A model generated the notes under the pieces. The model did not search any database. It had not been told where the DNA came from and worked only from the letters and a program-made list of their open reading frames with translations. A program made the translations under genes and the position numbers. From the NCBI GenBank assembly GCA_964016885.1, contig OZ024762.1, positions 28,644,001 to 28,708,000 on the forward strand: DNA of 64,000 nt. The letters run 5' to 3'. Origin of the DNA: Eledone cirrhosa. Taxonomy: Eukaryota. Shown here in pieces: positions 50,641 through 63,132 of the stretch. Every line of letters starts with the position of its first letter. Positions within the stretch are counted from its first letter, which is position 1.

Positions 50641-51221
50641 AGAGAGGACATTTTGTTTTTCTCTCTTTTAACCTCAACATTTCACTGTTTTATTGTCTTA
50701 TTTCCTAATAAATTCCACTTAATTCCATTAAACATTCAATCTTGGTCATAATATACTACTGAATCTATATTTTTGTCACAATTACAACTTTTATTTCGAC
50801 ATATTTCATTAATATATAGTATTATTATTAAGTTAATGTGACCAACACGTTAATTTTATTTAGTATCCACATTTTCTTCCATGTTTAACAGATTCTACAC
50901 AAATTTGTTAATAAAATACATGTATATTTAATTACACACATGTAGGAGACACGTTTAATGATATGTATATTACAGTGTCCCCCAAAAATGTATACACACT
51001 TACATAGACTGTAGTTGAAGTGTGTATACATTTTTGGGGAGACCCTGTATATATTTTATATACACATATGTTAAAAGATGATTAATATATGAAGAAAAAC
51101 ATATATATATAAATAAACACACACATAGATATGTATTCCATTAAATATTTTACAATTGTATATATATATATATATATAAATAATCACACACATAGATATG
51201 TATTCCATTAAATATTTTACA

Positions 51222-51286
<65 letters not shown>

Positions 51287-53365
51287 AAAAAATGAAATTT
51301 CATTTCTCACTCTTAGTACGGCTGATACTTAAATATAAGTATGTATACGTACATACATATATGTATACAGACGTACAGTAGTATGTATATACATACATAC
51401 ATGCACACATGTATATATGTACGTATGGGTTTACCGAACATTTATTATAATGTTCGGTTTGTTTGTAAACAAACAGCCCGAATTAAGCCGTACAGTGTTC
51501 GGCAACCATCGTTGCCCTTTTGTTCAACACTGACAAAGGAACGATAAACTAGTTTCAAGCTTATTAGCTATCGTCAGCATCGTATACCTTCCTGTCAGGT
51601 GATTGAACGTTTGAAAGTATATACTTTCCTTATGCATATTAACGGCTGAGCAGCCTAATTTGCATATCGATGAGTTAGTCGGCTGGGCCGTACTGAAACG
51701 ATAAATGGAAAGAATGAAATTTAATTTCTCACTCTTAGTACGGCTGATACTTAAATATAAGTATGTATACGTACATACATATATGTATACAGATGTACAG
51801 TAGTATGTATATACAGCTAGAAACTAGTTCATCGTTCCTTTGTCAGTGTTGAACAAAAGGGCAACGATGGTTGCCGAACACTGTACGGCTTAATTCGGGC
51901 TGTTTGTTTACAAACAACCTGAACATTATAATAAATATTCGGTAAACCCATACGTACATATATATATATGTGTGCATGTATGTATGTATATACATACTAC
52001 TGTACGTCTGTATACATATATGTATGTACGTATACATACTGATATATATATACTCTTATGTGTATACGTCTGAAAATGTATAAATGTATGTAAATATATT
52101 TTTATACATACATTTATACACATCAAATATTTTATTATATATTTATATACATACAATGAATTATTAACTTATTAAAAACTACAATGTATGATTAAATTAT
52201 GTTTTATTATAATTGATCTAAATTAATGTTAAAATAAATTTTAAAAAATCTAAATAAACAGTTTATTTGTCAACATAACCATTGTGATAATATTGGTTTC
52301 TTATATAGACATAAGACCAACAATTTTGGGGGAGGGGAAAGTAGATTAAATCAACACCAGTGCATTACTGGTACTTTATTTTCTCAACCCAGTAAGGATA
52401 AAAGGCAATGATAACCTCGGAGGGATTTGAACTCAGATCATACCCTCGTCATAATATTACAAATAAAAAGAGAGGGAGTCGGGCTACTAACTGTAAGGTT
52501 CTTGTCTTTTGGTGGGGTGTTGTGTTGGTTGTTGGATAGGAGCTGTTGGCCGATGGGTTGAGCATGTAGTGTCACTGAACCACTATCAAGGCTGCGATAG
52601 TGATGCTTCTGTGGTTTCATATTTCAACACAGGCAAATTCATTCAATTGCTACAGGTCTGACCCTTAGTCTGAATTATATCTACTTATGTAGGTAAAGGA
52701 AAGTTATGTTTCTCTTTGTCGAATAAATAAATGCACAATCAAGTCTAACAATCATTTTATTTAATGCAATAATTTAGTAAATTTCCTACAACGTCAATAT
52801 TTTGAGGAGCGGGTCTTTCCACGTCTGTTCATGTACGTGGTCCAAAAAGAGTGTGTGAACCTGTGGCTGTGTCCGGGTGTATTTTTGCCTCCCTTCCCTG
52901 AAGGGTTGTTAAGGGGAGGCAACTGCTAGCTACCAAGCGACCATCTCAGCCACTACATTCACCTCGGAGCAGATTTTTTGTCGCAAAATCGTTAACAATG
53001 AAGCGAAGGTAGTTTACAAAATGTAGAAGAATGTATCAACAAAAAAAAAACGTACAGTAAAAGATGCAAAATGCATGAAAAGATAACACTCTTCGCAATA
53101 AAGGGGCCCCAGATGCGATAAACAAGGAAAAAAAATGTTTTGCTAGGCAATGAAAATGCCATATGTAGCATAGTTATAAAAATGCACCAAAAAAAAAGGG
53201 ACTGTGTCAGAATTGACAACAGTCGTAATGTTACGCAAAATATAATATATTGACACTGCCGTAGGCAGTCAAGAATCCATAAGTAACAAAATGCAATGTA
53301 CAACAAAAACAATTGGAAGGAAAAAAATAACAAAACAAAACAAAAAAAAAATATATATATATAAT

Positions 53366-56300
53366 TCAGTTTATATTACTGCATAGCTTACGGGGCCAAT
53401 GCACCCTTCGCCCAGAACGGGTCGTAGTTCTGTGTGTTGATGGTGGGGGAGGGGAAGAAATAGGCCTGTGTGGCAAAGAAAAAGAGGGGGGCATTTGAGT
53501 TTCAAGTGTCATTGTGTCATTGTCCAGGTTTGCTCGTTTGAGACGATCAACGGAAACCGTTTCCCTGGAACCCCGAATGTCCAGTGTGAAATGTTTGTCT
53601 GTGCGAGCAAGCACACGATAGGGTCCAGAGTACGGCCGTTGAAGAGGGGGTCTCACGGCGTCGTCTCTAACGAACACATGGGTCCACAAGGCAATATCCC
53701 TTGGGACGGCAGTTTTTACAGTCTGCTTCCTAGTGCCCATCGGTGGTAGATCCTTGAAATAAGAGTGAAGCCGGGACACGTAGGAAGCGGGGTCCTGCGA
53801 AGTCAGGTCAAAAGGGGCCAGCATTTGCCCCGGTAACGCCAGAGGCGTACCATAAACTAATTCGGCAGAGGAGAACCCAAGGTCCACCTTTACCGTCGAC
53901 CGAATACCCAACAATACAATGGGTAGGTACTCGCTCCAACGTGAAGAGTCCATGGAAGCCCTTAAGGAGGCTTTGAGCTGCCTGTGGAATCTTTCCACCA
54001 TTCCGTTTGAGGCTGGGTGGTAAGCCGTGGTTCTTATTCGAGTAGCCCCCAGGATTTGAGTTAGCTCTCGGAAGAGGTTAGACTCGAATTGACGACCACG
54101 ATCCGTTGTTATGGTGGTTGGTACACCGAAACGAGCGATCCACGAAGATACGAGGGTACGGGCTGTGGTTTCGGCGGTGATATCTGTTATAGGGACGGCT
54201 TCAGGCCAACGCGAAAAACGGTCAACAATCGTCAAAAGATACGAAAAACCACGACTAACCGGCCACGGGCCGACGATGTCCACATGAATGTGACGAAATC
54301 TTGCATCGGGGCAGGTGAAGGTTCCGAGAGGAGCCTTAACATGTCTATGAACTTTCGCTTGTTGGCAAGCGACACAGGAACGACACCAAGCAGCAATGTC
54401 ACGTCTCATACCAGGCCAGAAAAATCTGGCTGTTATGAGTTTTACTGAGGCTGATACTCCTGGGTGAGAAATGCCATGTAAAGCGAGAAACGCAGTTCGT
54501 CGATGTTCCACTGGGACTAGAGGTCGTGGTGAGTCCAACGAAACATCACACAGTATCTGTCCGTCAGCAGTTGAGATCGGAATGTATTTCAGTTTGCAAT
54601 GCACAAACTCTGGCGATGTAACATCCAACGATTCGAGAGTGGGTTGGGCAGCTGCCATTCGATGTAAATCTATCTCCTCGGAAGACGAAATCGATGCGAT
54701 CGGCAGGCGAGACAGCGCATCGGCCGCTGTATTCAAAGAACCCGGAATATGTTGAATGTCGTTCGTGAACTGTGAGATGAAGTCCAGATGTCTCGTTTCT
54801 CTGGGCGAGTATTTGTCTGCCTTAGTTCGAAGAGCAAACGTCAAGGGTTTATGATCAGTGAAAATGGTGAATGTTCTACCTTCAAGTACATGAGCAAAAT
54901 GTTTCACTGATAAATAAATTGCTAATAGCTCCCTTCCAAAGGTGCTATAGCGAGTTTCTGCAGGCTTTAACTTCCTCGAAAAGAACTCGAGTGGTTGCTG
55001 TACCCCATCACCCTTCTGCTGTAAGACTGCGCCCACGGCGCTATCCGAAGCATCAACACTGAGCGATAGCTCGGCGTTGGGTACTGGGTGGACGAGCAAA
55101 GACGCGTTCGCTAACGCCTTTTTCACTTTTTTAAAATCATCAAGCTGCGTTTCATTTAAGGAAATGTCCATATTCTTACGCCCGCAACCCTTAAAAATCT
55201 CTGTCAACGAGAACAGCAATTTGGAACAACCAGGTACGAATCGCCTATAAAAATTTACAAGGCCCAGGAATTGACGCAATTGACGCAGTGAACTTGGCGG
55301 AGGCAAATCCGATACTGCCTTAACCTTCTCAGGAAGAGGTCGAATACCGTCGGCGTCAATCAGATGGCCTAAAAATGTTAGTGAAGTCGAGCCGAAAACA
55401 CACTTGGAAGCATTAATTCGAACATTATATCTCTGTAAACGTCGAAATACGAGATCCAGATGCTTTGAATGCTGCTGAGGGGAAGAACTAGCAATCAACA
55501 CGTCGTCGATATACGTGTACACAAAATCCAGGCCCCGAGTAATATCATCCATAAATCGTTGGAAGGTACTTGCAGCGTTTCTAAGACCGAAAGGCATAGT
55601 GAGGAACTCGAACGATCCGAAAGGAGTGGCAATAGCAGTCTTTGGGATATCCTCCTCGTTAACCGGAATTTGGTTATAAGCGCGGATCAAATCAAGCTTA
55701 GAAAAGATTCTGCAACCCTGCAATGACGACGCAAAATCCTGCAAATGCGGGATTGGATAACGGTCAGGCACAGTAATCGCGTTTAAGCGTCGGTAGTCAC
55801 CCGTCGGTCTCCAATCCCCAGAAGATCTAGGTACCATATGCAGAGGCGATGCCCAAGGACTTGTGGAGCGCCGAATTATTCCCAATTCCAGCATGTGGTC
55901 GAATTCAAGGCGTGCAGCTTTCAACTTCTCTGTAGACAATCTTCGAGGACGTGAGAAAACAGGTGGGCCTGTAGTGGATATGAAGTGTTCAATCGCATGA
56001 TCCGGGCTAGTTATTCTTAACTTTCCTTGCGTCAACTGAGGGAATGAATGTAGCAGGCTTTGATACTGGTTGCCCACTTCAGCCAAGAAAAAGGAAGGGC
56101 TGACGGTGGCGACGTCCGTCTCTGAACCCTCGAAAGAAAGGCCTGTTTCAGAATCAACAAGGCGTTGTCTGCGAATGTCCACCAACAAGGAAAAATGGTG
56201 GAGAAAGTCCGCTCCCAAAATGGCGTATGGCAAGTCGGCGACAGTAAACTTCCACCTTAAATCACGCCGCAAATTTTTTAACCGAAGCGGAAGCGAAATT

Positions 56301-56521
56301 TGCCCATACGTTCGAATGGCCGTGTGGTTGACTGCTCGTAGATTTATATCTGCTTCGGCTGGGCTTTTTTTGAGATAACTGACAGGCCAAATACTCAGCG
56401 ACGCGCCAGTATCGACAAGGAAATATTTTTTTGACCGCAGGTCGTATACGAAAAGATGGCGGTTCGGTCGGTTTTCCCAGAGTTCACTAGCCGCTCCTAG
56501 TGGCTCTGCTTTGCGTTTCCC
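53366..56521 (-). CDS. pol: Gypsy-2 pol (PR-RT-RNaseH-IN), open from the slippery site; -1 frame relative to gag
   Basis: FLVDTGAS upstream and in frame with the 968-aa ORF; YIDD; H-H-C-C; HVDIVGP..TTDRG..NGMVER; PYSGPY. Confidence 0.95.
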   Translation of the reverse strand, partial: GKRKAEPLGAASELWENRPNRHLFVYDLRSKKYFLVDTGASLSIWPVSYLKKSPAEADINLRAVNHTAIRTYGQISLPLRLKNLRRDLRWKFTVADLPYAILGADFLHHFSLLVDIRRQRLVDSETGLSFEGSETDVATVSPSFFLAEVGNQYQSLLHSFPQLTQGKLRITSPDHAIEHFISTTGPPVFSRPRRLSTEKLKAARLEFDHMLELGIIRRSTSPWASPLHMVPRSSGDWRPTGDYRRLNAITVPDRYPIPHLQDFASSLQGCRIFSKLDLIRAYNQIPVNEEDIPKTAIATPFGSFEFLTMPFGLRNAASTFQRFMDDITRGLDFVYTYIDDVLIASSSPQQHSKHLDLVFRRLQRYNVRINASKCVFGSTSLTFLGHLIDADGIRPLPEKVKAVSDLPPPSSLRQLRQFLGLVNFYRRFVPGCSKLLFSLTEIFKGCGRKNMDISLNETQLDDFKKVKKALANASLLVHPVPNAELSLSVDASDSAVGAVLQQKGDGVQQPLEFFSRKLKPAETRYSTFGRELLAIYLSVKHFAHVLEGRTFTIFTDHKPLTFALRTKADKYSPRETRHLDFISQFTNDIQHIPGSLNTAADALSRLPIASISSSEEIDLHRMAAAQPTLESLDVTSPEFVHCKLKYIPISTADGQILCDVSLDSPRPLVPVEHRRTAFLALHGISHPGVSASVKLITARFFWPGMRRDIAAWCRSCVACQQAKVHRHVKAPLGTFTCPDARFRHIHVDIVGPWPVSRGFSYLLTIVDRFSRWPEAVPITDITAETTARTLVSSWIARFGVPTTITTDRGRQFESNLFRELTQILGATRIRTTAYHPASNGMVERFHRQLKASLRASMDSSRWSEYLPIVLLGIRSTVKVDLGFSSAELVYGTPLALPGQMLAPFDLTSQDPASYVSRLHSYFKDLPPMGTRKQTVKTAVPRDIALWTHVFVRDDAVRPPLQRPYSGPYRVLARTDKHFTLDIRGSRETVSVDRLKRANLDNDTMTLETQMPPSFSLPHRPISSPPPPSTHRTTTRSGRRVHWPRKLCSNIN

Positions 56522-57283
56522 GATCTCTTATAATCACAGGGCGTGCGACAACGTTGCGCCCTACTGCCGAAGTTAGCATGGTACCAACACAACGAAGAAT
56601 TATTGTTGCCTGCGTTGTAGTGCTGGCGATGAATAGAGGACGGCGGCGAACGATACCTCAAACGTTGAGAAGGCTCTCTCTGATGTACCGTCAAATCCTC
56701 TACCTTTTTGGTGAGAGCTTCAATCAACTCCAACAGTTTGCCGTCGGCCACAGAAGAACTGCGTGGAGGGACGCAAGCTGAAGCCACATAAGCATTATGC
56801 TGATTGCTGTTCGAGTCCACCTCAAGTATCCTATCCGCGGACGCGGCAAGTTGCTCTAATGAATCCTTCTCTAAACTATTGACCAATATTCTTTGCGCAC
56901 TTGGTGGTAGGCGTGAGAAAAAAAAGTTGCTTTATGAAGGGGGTGTCAATCCCCTGAGAGTCGCTCAACTCCCGCAAATGTCGCAAATAGGAGCTCGGCT
57001 TCCTGTCACCCATTTGAGCATCGTCCAACAACTCCCGAAAACGGCTCTCTACCGACTTGGTATTTCGGCGAAGGATTTCTTTTTTTAATGAGCCGTAGGT
57101 AACGTCGGCGTCTAAATCCGTCACAACGTCCCTCACCGAGAATGCCAAGGAAACAGGTAGGCCATTGATCAGGACCTTCAGCCTATGCTGTTCCTTTGTC
57201 CTCGTCAATTCGAAGAAACATTCCAGCTGCGCAAACCACAACTTGATGTCGCCTGCGAAGGACGGCAAATGATGTTGACTCAT
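56497..57283 (-). CDS. gag: Gypsy-2 gag, split by a 1-bp indel in an A8 run at about 56918-56925
   Basis: [10 protein letters not shown]; removing one T restores [15 protein letters not shown]; [18 protein letters not shown]. Confidence 0.85.
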
Positions 57284-57604
57284 GGTGCCACGTATTTGAT
57301 GACTTTTTGGTGTTGGTCAATAGTTAGCCAGGTGTTGCTGCTGATTGCTGGTAATTTTTTTCTTTAAAAAAAAATATTCCAAAGAAAATTTTAATAATAA
57401 AAAAAAATCATTTTCCATGAAAATTGATGGTCAGATAATCCAAGATGGCTGATTTAAAATGTGTCCATGATGAAGCCGTCATGAGGCACGATGCAGCCAA
57501 TCAGATGGCTGGGATTGGAGAAGACAGGCTGAACGCGGGAAAACGAAATATCTCCATTTGTAATTTCCACAGAATGTTGGAAGCAAAAATCTATTTCCAG
57601 AGAA

Positions 57605-57640
<36 letters not shown>

Positions 57641-59239
57641 TGTGTTGTATTTTTGTGTTTGTCTGTATGCGTGCTATAACAAATGGAATATAATGAATTT
57701 TAAGGACTTACGCTAAGTGATTCGGACATTCCAAATGTTAAGCCATTCCACATTGCCGTTAAAAAGAATTTCGGACTCCAATAGGCTGCGTTTTCATTCT
57801 TTATCGTCAGGGTCGCCAATAAAGGAAAGTTATGTTTCTCTTTGTCGAATAAATAAATGCACAATCAAGTCTAACAATCATTTTATTTAATGCAATAATT
57901 TAGTAAATTTCCTACAACGTCAATATTTTGAGGAGCGGGTCTTTCCACGTCTGTTCATGTACGTGGTCCAAAAAGAGTGTGTGAACCTGTGGCTGTGTCC
58001 GGGTGTATTTTTGCCTCCCTTCCCTGAAGGGTTGTTAAGGGGAGGCAACTGCTAGCTACCAAGCGACCATCTCAGCCACTACATAGGTTTAACTTTACCA
58101 AGATTACCGAATCACTGCTCGAACTTGGGGCTTCTGAAACTAACTTATTGTGTTAGCAGATGTTGGATGAGAATCTTCACAAATAAAAATGTGGAGAAGC
58201 AAGGCGATAGATCTTTCTTTTTGTTTATGTTTGAATTAATCTTTATGTGTTTTATTTTCTTTTGCTTGTAAATACAACCCACGTGTTATAAGAGTGGTTG
58301 AGTTACTGCAGTGTTAATGCATCAGTGTGTGGAAGCCAGGTTAACAGTAGAAATCTTGTTGAGAGATGTACTGGTACCAACCACATAATTATGGAGATAA
58401 CGTTCAGATGAATAATAAATTGTGGAATTTCCTAGCTTTCGTCCAGGTAAGGCTAAGTAGGCTTTTTGCTGTGTTACCTTAGGTTTGTAAGGGCTATTTA
58501 AGTGAATATTTCAGTGATTGATTTGTTGTTTTTGGTGGGTAGTCGCACGTGGTTGTATGTGTTGCTTATTTTGAATTAAGCGGAGTCCTGAAAAACCCGT
58601 CCTGCAGGGATGGCTTCCTAGACAGAATTTTGAGATGTATCAAAAACAGTGGAGGAGAAATAAATATAATACATTCAAGAAACATGCGTTACACGTGATT
58701 ATGAATAAAATGTCAAACTGAAACTCGGATCACTCAATCCTGATATATATTTCATTAGTTTAGTTCCCGATTGTCTTTAAACTGGGGCTTAAAGCAACCG
58801 ACCAAACAGTCCTTTCCTGATTCAAGAAGGTATGTGACCTGAAAAAAATTTGGCTGCTATTTCCAACAGGTCAAGTAACCACATAGAGGTCTTCACTCCT
58901 TCTCTCGAAACAACATATTTGTCGTTGTTAGTGGTTTTAGCCAAAAAGTTCTTGTTGAAATCAGTAATTTTTTACAGGAAAGTTAGGATTAACTAATGAA
59001 CTTGATACAATTGAGTGAGTGAAGATTTTAGCTGGCTAACATAGAAAACACTTTTTAAATGAGACAGCACACTTTGTAGAATAATTATTTCAATGATGTT
59101 TTCTACCCTTTCTTTTCAACTTTCTCTTTCATTTCACTTGTTTTTCCTTCTTTTCTTTAACCTTCTTATTAGATTATATGTTGTCTTATATTTTCACTTG
59201 GACTCTATACTTCTCTGTGTTATATCTATAAGGTTCCAT

Positions 59240-59810
59240 GTGAAACACCAAGCTTAATGTTTTGTGCCACATAGTACTCTGCACATACATCACGGCAAAA
59301 ATTTCGCCAATCTACTACGGCCACATTCGCGATACGACATTCCTCTGAAATCTTCTTGGCTAAATCTTCTTTTGCCCCAAAATATAATATATCAACTATT
59401 TGTTCACACTTCAAATTGCTATTTTCTAAAAATATGCCTTTTCTAATAGAAACCTGTTTTCTACATGGTCTTTTACATGGCCAGATAATACCATCTGACA
59501 GATTTTGTTTCACTACATCCAACATACGTTGACCACATGAAGGGCAGACTTTTGTGTATTCAGAAGTCCTTGAATTTTCAACCAATTGACGGTATCTGCT
59601 GTAGTAGCGGTAGCGATGGAAAGATCGCGATGGTTAATTCCCTTAACACTTGAATATATTATAGAACTCATTTTTCAACTTGCAGATGCGTGTATTATCA
59701 CAAAGTGAAGATTAAAGTTTATTTATTTATACATGGTGTTGGTGGTGTTGCTGATTGGTGGGGATTGTTTCCATGGGGACTGTCCCTTGTCTCCATGGGA
59801 ACTATCCATG
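59240..59810 (-). pseudogene. Merlin transposase N-terminal fragment with possible element end near 59807
   Basis: CPSCG..M...DG..W.C...CRKQVSIRKG.F.E.SNL....VVDWRNFCRDVC. Confidence 0.8.
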
Positions 59811-59899
59811 CTTTTGAATAAGGTTGGTGAAAATAATTTGTTTCTTCATAAATATATAGGGTTGGTGAAAAAAATTTGGTGACCAAAAAAAAAATTTGG

Positions 59900-60867
59900 T
59901 AAACAAACAGCCCAAATTAAGCCGTACAGTGTTCGGCAACCATCGTTGCCCTTTTGTTCAACACTGACAAAGGAACGATGAACTAGTTTCTAGCTGTATA
60001 TACATACTACTGTACATCTGTATACATATATGTATGTACGTATACATACTTATATTTAAGTATCAGCCGTACTAAGAGTGAGAAATGAAAGTAGTATGTA
60101 TATATATATACATACATGCACACATATATATATGTACGTATGCATTCACCGAACATTTATTATAATGCTTGGTGTGTTTGTAAACAAACATCCCGTATTA
60201 AGCCGTAGTGACTAGCAACCATCGTTGCTAATTTTTTCAACACTGACAAAGGAATGCTGTACTAGTTTCAAGCTTATTAGCTATCGTCAGCAACGTATAC
60301 ATTCCTGCCAGATTGTTGAACGTATATATATATACATACTACTGTACGTCTGTATACATGTATGTATGTACGTGTACATACTTATATTTAAGTAACAGCC
60401 GTACTAAGAGTGGGAAATGAAATTTCGTTTCATTTTTTCGGTTTATCGTTTTCGGTGCACCCGGCCGATTAACCCACTCGATATGCAAATTGGGCTACTC
60501 AGCCGTTAATATGCATAAGGTAAGTATATACGTTCAACAATCTGGCAGGAAGGTATACGTTGCTGACGATAGCTAATAAGCTTGAAACTAGTACAGCGTT
60601 CCTTTGTCAGTGTTGAACAAACGAGCAACGATGGTTGCTAGACACTACGGCTTAATACAGGATGTTTGTTTACAAACACACCGAGCATTATAATAAATGT
60701 TCAGTGAATCAATACGTACATATATATATATGTGTGCATGTATGTATATATATATATACATACTACTGTACATCTGTATACATATATGTATGTACGTGTA
60801 CATACTTATATTTAAGTAACAGCCGTACTAAGAGTGGGAAATGAAATTTCATTTCATTTTTTCCGTT

Positions 60868-60906
<39 letters not shown>

Positions 60907-61018
60907 GGGGAAAAACCTCGCAAAACTAATTCATATATATATATATATACACTTGTAAAATATTTAATGGAATACATATCTATAAATATATGTGTGTAGA
61001 TATATATATATGTGTGTG

Positions 61019-61080
<62 letters not shown>

Positions 61081-63132
61081 TTTCTTTATATATTAATCAT
61101 CTTTTAACATATGTGTATATAAAATATATACAGGGTCTCCCCAAAAATGTATACACACTTCAATTACATTCTATGTGTGTATACATTTTGGGGGGACACT
61201 AATATACATATCATTAAACATGTCTCCTACATGTGTGTAATTAAATATACATGTATTTTATTAACAAATTTGTGTAGAATCTGTTAAACATGGAAGAAAA
61301 TGTGGATACTAAATAAAATTAACGTGTTGGTCACATTAACTTAATAATATAACTATATATTAATGAAATATGTCGAAATAAAAGTTGTAATTGTGACAAA
61401 AATATAGATTCAGTAGTATATTATGACCAAGATTGAATGTTTAATGGAATTAAGTGGAATTTATTAGGAAATAAGACAATAAAACAGTGAAATGTTGAGG
61501 TTAAAAGAGAGAAAAACAAAATGTCCTCTCTTTATAAACTTTAATTGTTTCTACTTTAGGCACAAGGCCAGCAATTATCCAGTTCATTACTGGTACTTTA
61601 TTTTATCGACCCCGTAAGGATGAAAGGCAAAGTCAACCTCGGCGGGATTTGAACTCAGATCGTAAAGGGACGTAACTATGCTGGAAAGCATGGCGTCCGA
61701 CCCTCCACCGATACTGCCAATCCACCGCCTCTTTATAAACTTTATAAACTTCTTTATAAACTTTAATTGTTTCTACTTTAGGCACAAGGCCAGCAAATTA
61801 CCCAGTGCATTACTGGTACTTTATTTTATCGACCCCGTAAGGATGAAAGGCAAAGTCAACCTCGGCGGGATTTGAACTCAGATCATAAAGGGACGTAACT
61901 ATGCTGGAAAGCATGGCGTCCAACCCTCTACCAATACTGCTGGCTGAATTAGTAGCGACTCGGCTTACAAACCTCAGATCTCTCATCTTACAAGGGTTCG
62001 AATCTCACGTAGTTCACTATAGTGCCTACAGAGTTATCTCCTACTGCTTTTATATAGTATCACTGTTTACGCTACAATCATTTACTAGTATGATCGAATG
62101 GTTTGCAGTCTGGCTTACTAACGTGTTACATGGTTCAAACCGGGCTGGTTTCTTAATCTTGGAAAAGAGTTATCGCCCACAGCCTTTCAGAGTTTCTTAG
62201 TTTACTCGAAAGGTGGCATGGCGATCTGCTTTTATGAGGAGTAGTAAGAGACAATAATATATGTAAGGAGGAGGAGTGAGAGAGATAGAAAGACAAAGCT
62301 GTGTTAATTCTCTCTCCCCCTCTCTTCTTTTACTCTATCTACCTCTTATGTCTTCATTTCACTGTTTAATTGTCTTATTTCCTAATTCCAGTTAATTCCA
62401 TTAAATATTGAATCTTGGTCGAAATTAATATTTTCACCTGTGACGATCTGTACAACCAATAATAATAGGAGTCACGTTACATGATATGTATATATACAGG
62501 GTGTCTCTAAAATATGTATACACATTTACATCGACTGTAGTTGAAGTGTGAATACATTTTTGAGGGGAGACCCTGTATATATTTTATATATACATGTATA
62601 TATTAAAAGATGATTGATATATAAATATAAACATCGGGAAGGAATCCAGCCCGCCGGCTAGGCGGTTCTGCCGCCGACCCGTACGCTTGTAGTCACTGCC
62701 GGAAAAGGCAGGCGGCAAGGCGGCGTGTATACGCGACACGACGCCTTCCTCTCATATGTATGTATATATATTTATAGATATACATATATATATATAAAGA
62801 TATATATACTCTTACGTGTATACATCTGAAAATGTATATATGCATGTAAACACATACCTAAACATACATGTATATATATATAGATGGACAATTATACATA
62901 TACAATAACTTATTTCTATACATACATATACCACAAGTAAGGCATGGTGCAGTCAACTAACCAGACCTCCCTCATAATGGACCAGCTAGATCCCAAAATA
63001 CAGGCCTGCTAGCCAACACAGTCCTAATAAATGTAAGCTACAGCGCAGTTATCTGGACAGACTTGTTTTAAGATAACTCATTATCCCACTACATCTTTTG
63101 TATACTATATATATATACTGTTTATATATATA
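59900..63132 (-). repeat. Right arm of the large inverted repeat
   Basis: Reverse complement of the left arm; has the empty Gypsy-1 site (single CATG at about 62867-62870). Confidence 0.9.

Larger units (their letters stand above)
43800..51915 (+). repeat. Left arm of a large inverted repeat, interrupted by Gypsy-1
   Basis: 43800-44063 plus 49509-51280 match the reverse complement of about 60930-63132; 51285-51915 matches 59900-60868. Confidence 0.9.
52694..58083 (-). mobile_element. Gypsy LTR retrotransposon 2, very young
   Basis: 264-bp LTRs 52694-52957 and 57820-58083 identical by eye, TAGG TSD, PBS TGGCGACCCTGACG next to the 5' LTR. Confidence 0.97.

Noticed and set aside
51655-51712. 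Hammerhead in the 420-bp module (ATCGATGAG...GAAACGATA)
   Set aside because: Core lacks CTGA, and the related copy at 60440-60490 does not preserve it
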